Source: a virus (taxonomy: Duplodnaviria > Caudoviricetes). From it: a stretch of 44,048 nt of DNA. Positions 42,373 to 44,048 of this stretch are shown one piece after another. The translations under genes and the position numbers were made by a program. The notes below the pieces were generated by a model, which had not been told where the DNA came from, did not search any database, and saw nothing but the letters and a program-made list of their open reading frames with translations. The DNA lies in IMG/VR virus record IMGVR_UViG_3300046795_000008, positions 1 through 44,048 of that record; one strand, 5' to 3'. The stretch's first letter is position 1. The number at the start of each line of letters is the position of its first letter.

Positions 42373-42474
42373 TTAGATATACCCCTCGTAAGCGCAGAAA
42401 ATAACGATGACCGTGCAGCCAATTATCAGGAAGCTCGTAATTGCGAGGGCCCACACTTCGCCGTCAGTAGCCAT
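42373..42474 (-). CDS. Small membrane peptide (33 aa)
   Basis: MATDGEVWALAITSFLIIGCTVIVIFCAYEGYI; TGATG coupling. Confidence 0.6.
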   Translation of the reverse strand: MATDGEVWALAITSFLIIGCTVIVIFCAYEGYI

Positions 42475-42767
42475 CAGAACGTCACGGACCGGTGCGCCAG
42501 TTTCCATTGGTCCGACTGCGGAGGCTGGAAGAACACACCAGGCACTTCACGCGGTGGCATCTTGACCGGAATATAATGGCGTGGGGAACTAGGCCCCTTT
42601 ACGTGCTGTGAGGGAGATTTGACCGCGATGAGCCTAATCACGCCCGGACCGACCTGTTCCGCCAGAAGACGGCGAATGAGCAGGTCAGCCACGGATTTCT
42701 TGACGTGGTTACGACGGGAATCTGAAATCGATTGGCCGATTTCGAGGAGTCTTACTTTGGCAGACAC
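42474..42767 (-). CDS. Hypothetical protein, first gene of the late region
   Basis: Follows the putative promoter. Confidence 0.6.
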   Translation of the reverse strand: MSAKVRLLEIGQSISDSRRNHVKKSVADLLIRRLLAEQVGPGVIRLIAVKSPSQHVKGPSSPRHYIPVKMPPREVPGVFFQPPQSDQWKLAHRSVTF

Positions 42768-42825
42768 TAATTTTGGGGTTGTGCAATCCCGAAGTTCCGT
42801 CGGGAGCGGTAACTTGGATGTGCTA

Positions 42826-42855
42826 GATGTAAGGCAGGATTCAAGTTTCTGTCAA
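42826..42855 (-). promoter_or_regulatory. Putative late-region promoter
   Basis: TTGACA-18 nt-TACATC in an intergenic gap. A second TTGACA lies near 42910. Confidence 0.5.
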
Positions 42856-42935
42856 GAGGGTATGTAATGGCAGAGACTAAACTTTCGTGCTACTAGGTGA
42901 GATGTGTTGTCAAGTGGTGGGGTTCGAGGGAGGGA

Positions 42936-43196
42936 CTACGCTATACCTTGGGCCTGTCTAGCGGCTCGACACGGAGCACAAGCGCATACCCAATCTCTGC
43001 CGCAAGCCTTATCTGCTGCCATATGTTCGCGTGCCGCCTTTGCATACCAAGGCTCGTTTGCTTTGTGCGTATGCCATCCGCCCTTCTTGCCATTCTCCCG
43101 GACTGCCTGAACCTTAGCCTCGGATCGGGACTTGCCTCCGATGCGGCCACCTTTTCGACCGAGAACTTGCGCGGCTTTAGATTCCTGTTTAGTCAT
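42936..43196 (-). CDS. Small basic protein with GxKGG motifs
   Basis: LGRKGGRIGGKSRSEAK...RENGKKGG; ATGA overlap. Confidence 0.75.
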   Translation of the reverse strand: MTKQESKAAQVLGRKGGRIGGKSRSEAKVQAVRENGKKGGWHTHKANEPWYAKAAREHMAADKACGRDWVCACAPCRAARQAQGIA

Positions 43197-43375
43197 GGCT
43201 GGCCTCGATTCTTTCCCGGATATATCGCGCAACTGTATAGCCTCCAATGTTCATCGCACGCCGACACATAGGCCACTAGGTCCGATGGCACTATCATTCT
43301 GCCTGCTGGCGTTCTGATTCGTCCTGTGAGTTTTACCTCTATGACGCTTTCCTTCACTTGCCCCCGGCCCCTCAC
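43193..43375 (-). CDS. Hypothetical protein
   Basis: GTGA and ATGA overlaps on either side. Confidence 0.55.
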   Translation of the reverse strand: MRGRGQVKESVIEVKLTGRIRTPAGRMIVPSDLVAYVSACDEHWRLYSCAIYPGKNRGQP

Positions 43376-44048
43376 GTCTCCTGCTGAAGTTCATACTCCT
43401 CTTTGGTCATGCCGAAGGTCCAAGCGATGGCGTCGTTCACATTCTTTTGATCGGGAGGGACGCGAAGAATGTAAACCGCCTGCGTTGATGGGCAGCGGAC
43501 CTTCACGGCCAGCATTCTCTTGTCCGGATCGCCGGGAAGATCTAGCCGTAGCAATTCGTTGTCACCCGATTTGTGGACGACTTTCGCGCCCGCATCCAAA
43601 AAGAACTTGTCCTGGCCGTAGCGCTCGATCATCACCCTGCGAACTTCGGCATTGGAATGCCGCAAAATGGTCTCGGTAGTGAAGCTGTGCGGCTCTGTTA
43701 TGACTTCCTTTGGGACGCGGACGCCTTTCCACGCCCAGATTCCACTTCCATCCAAGAATTCAACTGCGGGTCCGTCACTTCGATGGAGGCGCGACTTCTG
43801 CGAATACACCATCGCTAAAACGACATGGACATATTGCTTGGTAATCCAGTACGCGAAGCATCCACCGCGAAGCATTTTGATAAAAGGTAGAAATGGGTTA
43901 GCGTCCCAAGCAGCGTCCCAAGCAGCGCCCCGAGCAGCGTCCCAAGCAGCGCCCCGAGCAGCGCCCCAAGCAGCGCCCCGAGCAGCGTCCCGAGCAGCGC
44001 CCCAAGCAGCGTCCCAAGCAGCGTCCCGAGCAGCGTCCCAAGCAGCGT
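43372..44048 (-). CDS. 3' part of the DUF6745-type protein (continues from 1..364)
   Basis: Frame is open from the window end through the AAWD repeats into RLHRSDGPAVEFLDG..WAWKGVRVP...NAEVRRVMIERYG...CPST...LRVPP...AIAWTFG. Confidence 0.88.
   Translation of the reverse strand, partial: AAWDAARDAAWDAAWGAARDAARGAAWGAARGAAWDAARGAAWDAAWDANPFLPFIKMLRGGCFAYWITKQYVHVVLAMVYSQKSRLHRSDGPAVEFLDGSGIWAWKGVRVPKEVITEPHSFTTETILRHSNAEVRRVMIERYGQDKFFLDAGAKVVHKSGDNELLRLDLPGDPDKRMLAVKVRCPSTQAVYILRVPPDQKNVNDAIAWTFGMTKEEYELQQET
43900..44048. repeat. 12-bp tandem coding repeat, about 12 copies; same array as the left end
   Basis: Directly visible. Confidence 0.97.

Noticed and set aside
1-44048. Alternative genetic code
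   Set aside because: Standard code 11 gives full-length conserved genes that tile densely, and TAG, TGA and TAA all serve as real stops.
1-44048. tRNA genes, attP site or host flanking DNA
   Set aside because: I recognised no cloverleaf in the short intergenic gaps, no integrase and no bacterial housekeeping genes.

Overview
This looks like a near-complete ~44 kb tailed-phage genome with P22-like (podovirus) head and tail architecture. Almost every gene is on the minus strand. Both ends stop inside the same 12-bp coding tandem repeat, in compatible frames of one DUF6745-type gene, so the contig is probably a circle opened at that repeat. In transcription order the early region runs: early promoter, small ribbon-helix-helix regulator, small early genes, ERF and YqaJ recombination genes, replication initiator, NinG/HNH, a secreted RHS cassette and a DUF6745 gene pair. 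The late region runs: terS, terL, portal, scaffold, coat, head-tail proteins, ejection proteins, four fibre/spike genes, lysis genes and an intrinsic terminator. I found no integrase, CI-type repressor, polymerase, tRNA or CRISPR array. Two things stand out. (1) The putative capsid decoration protein and all four fibre/spike proteins begin with Sec-type signal peptides cleaving at A|Q and have even numbers of cysteines. This suggests virion appendages that are exported, disulfide-folded and attached outside the cytoplasm. (2) A signal-peptide RHS shell has lost both autoprotease aspartate motifs and its toxin tip, and is followed by a separately encoded secreted protein. The host is possibly Acidobacteriota, which is inference only. 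Family assignments come from recognising motifs by eye; no searches were run.
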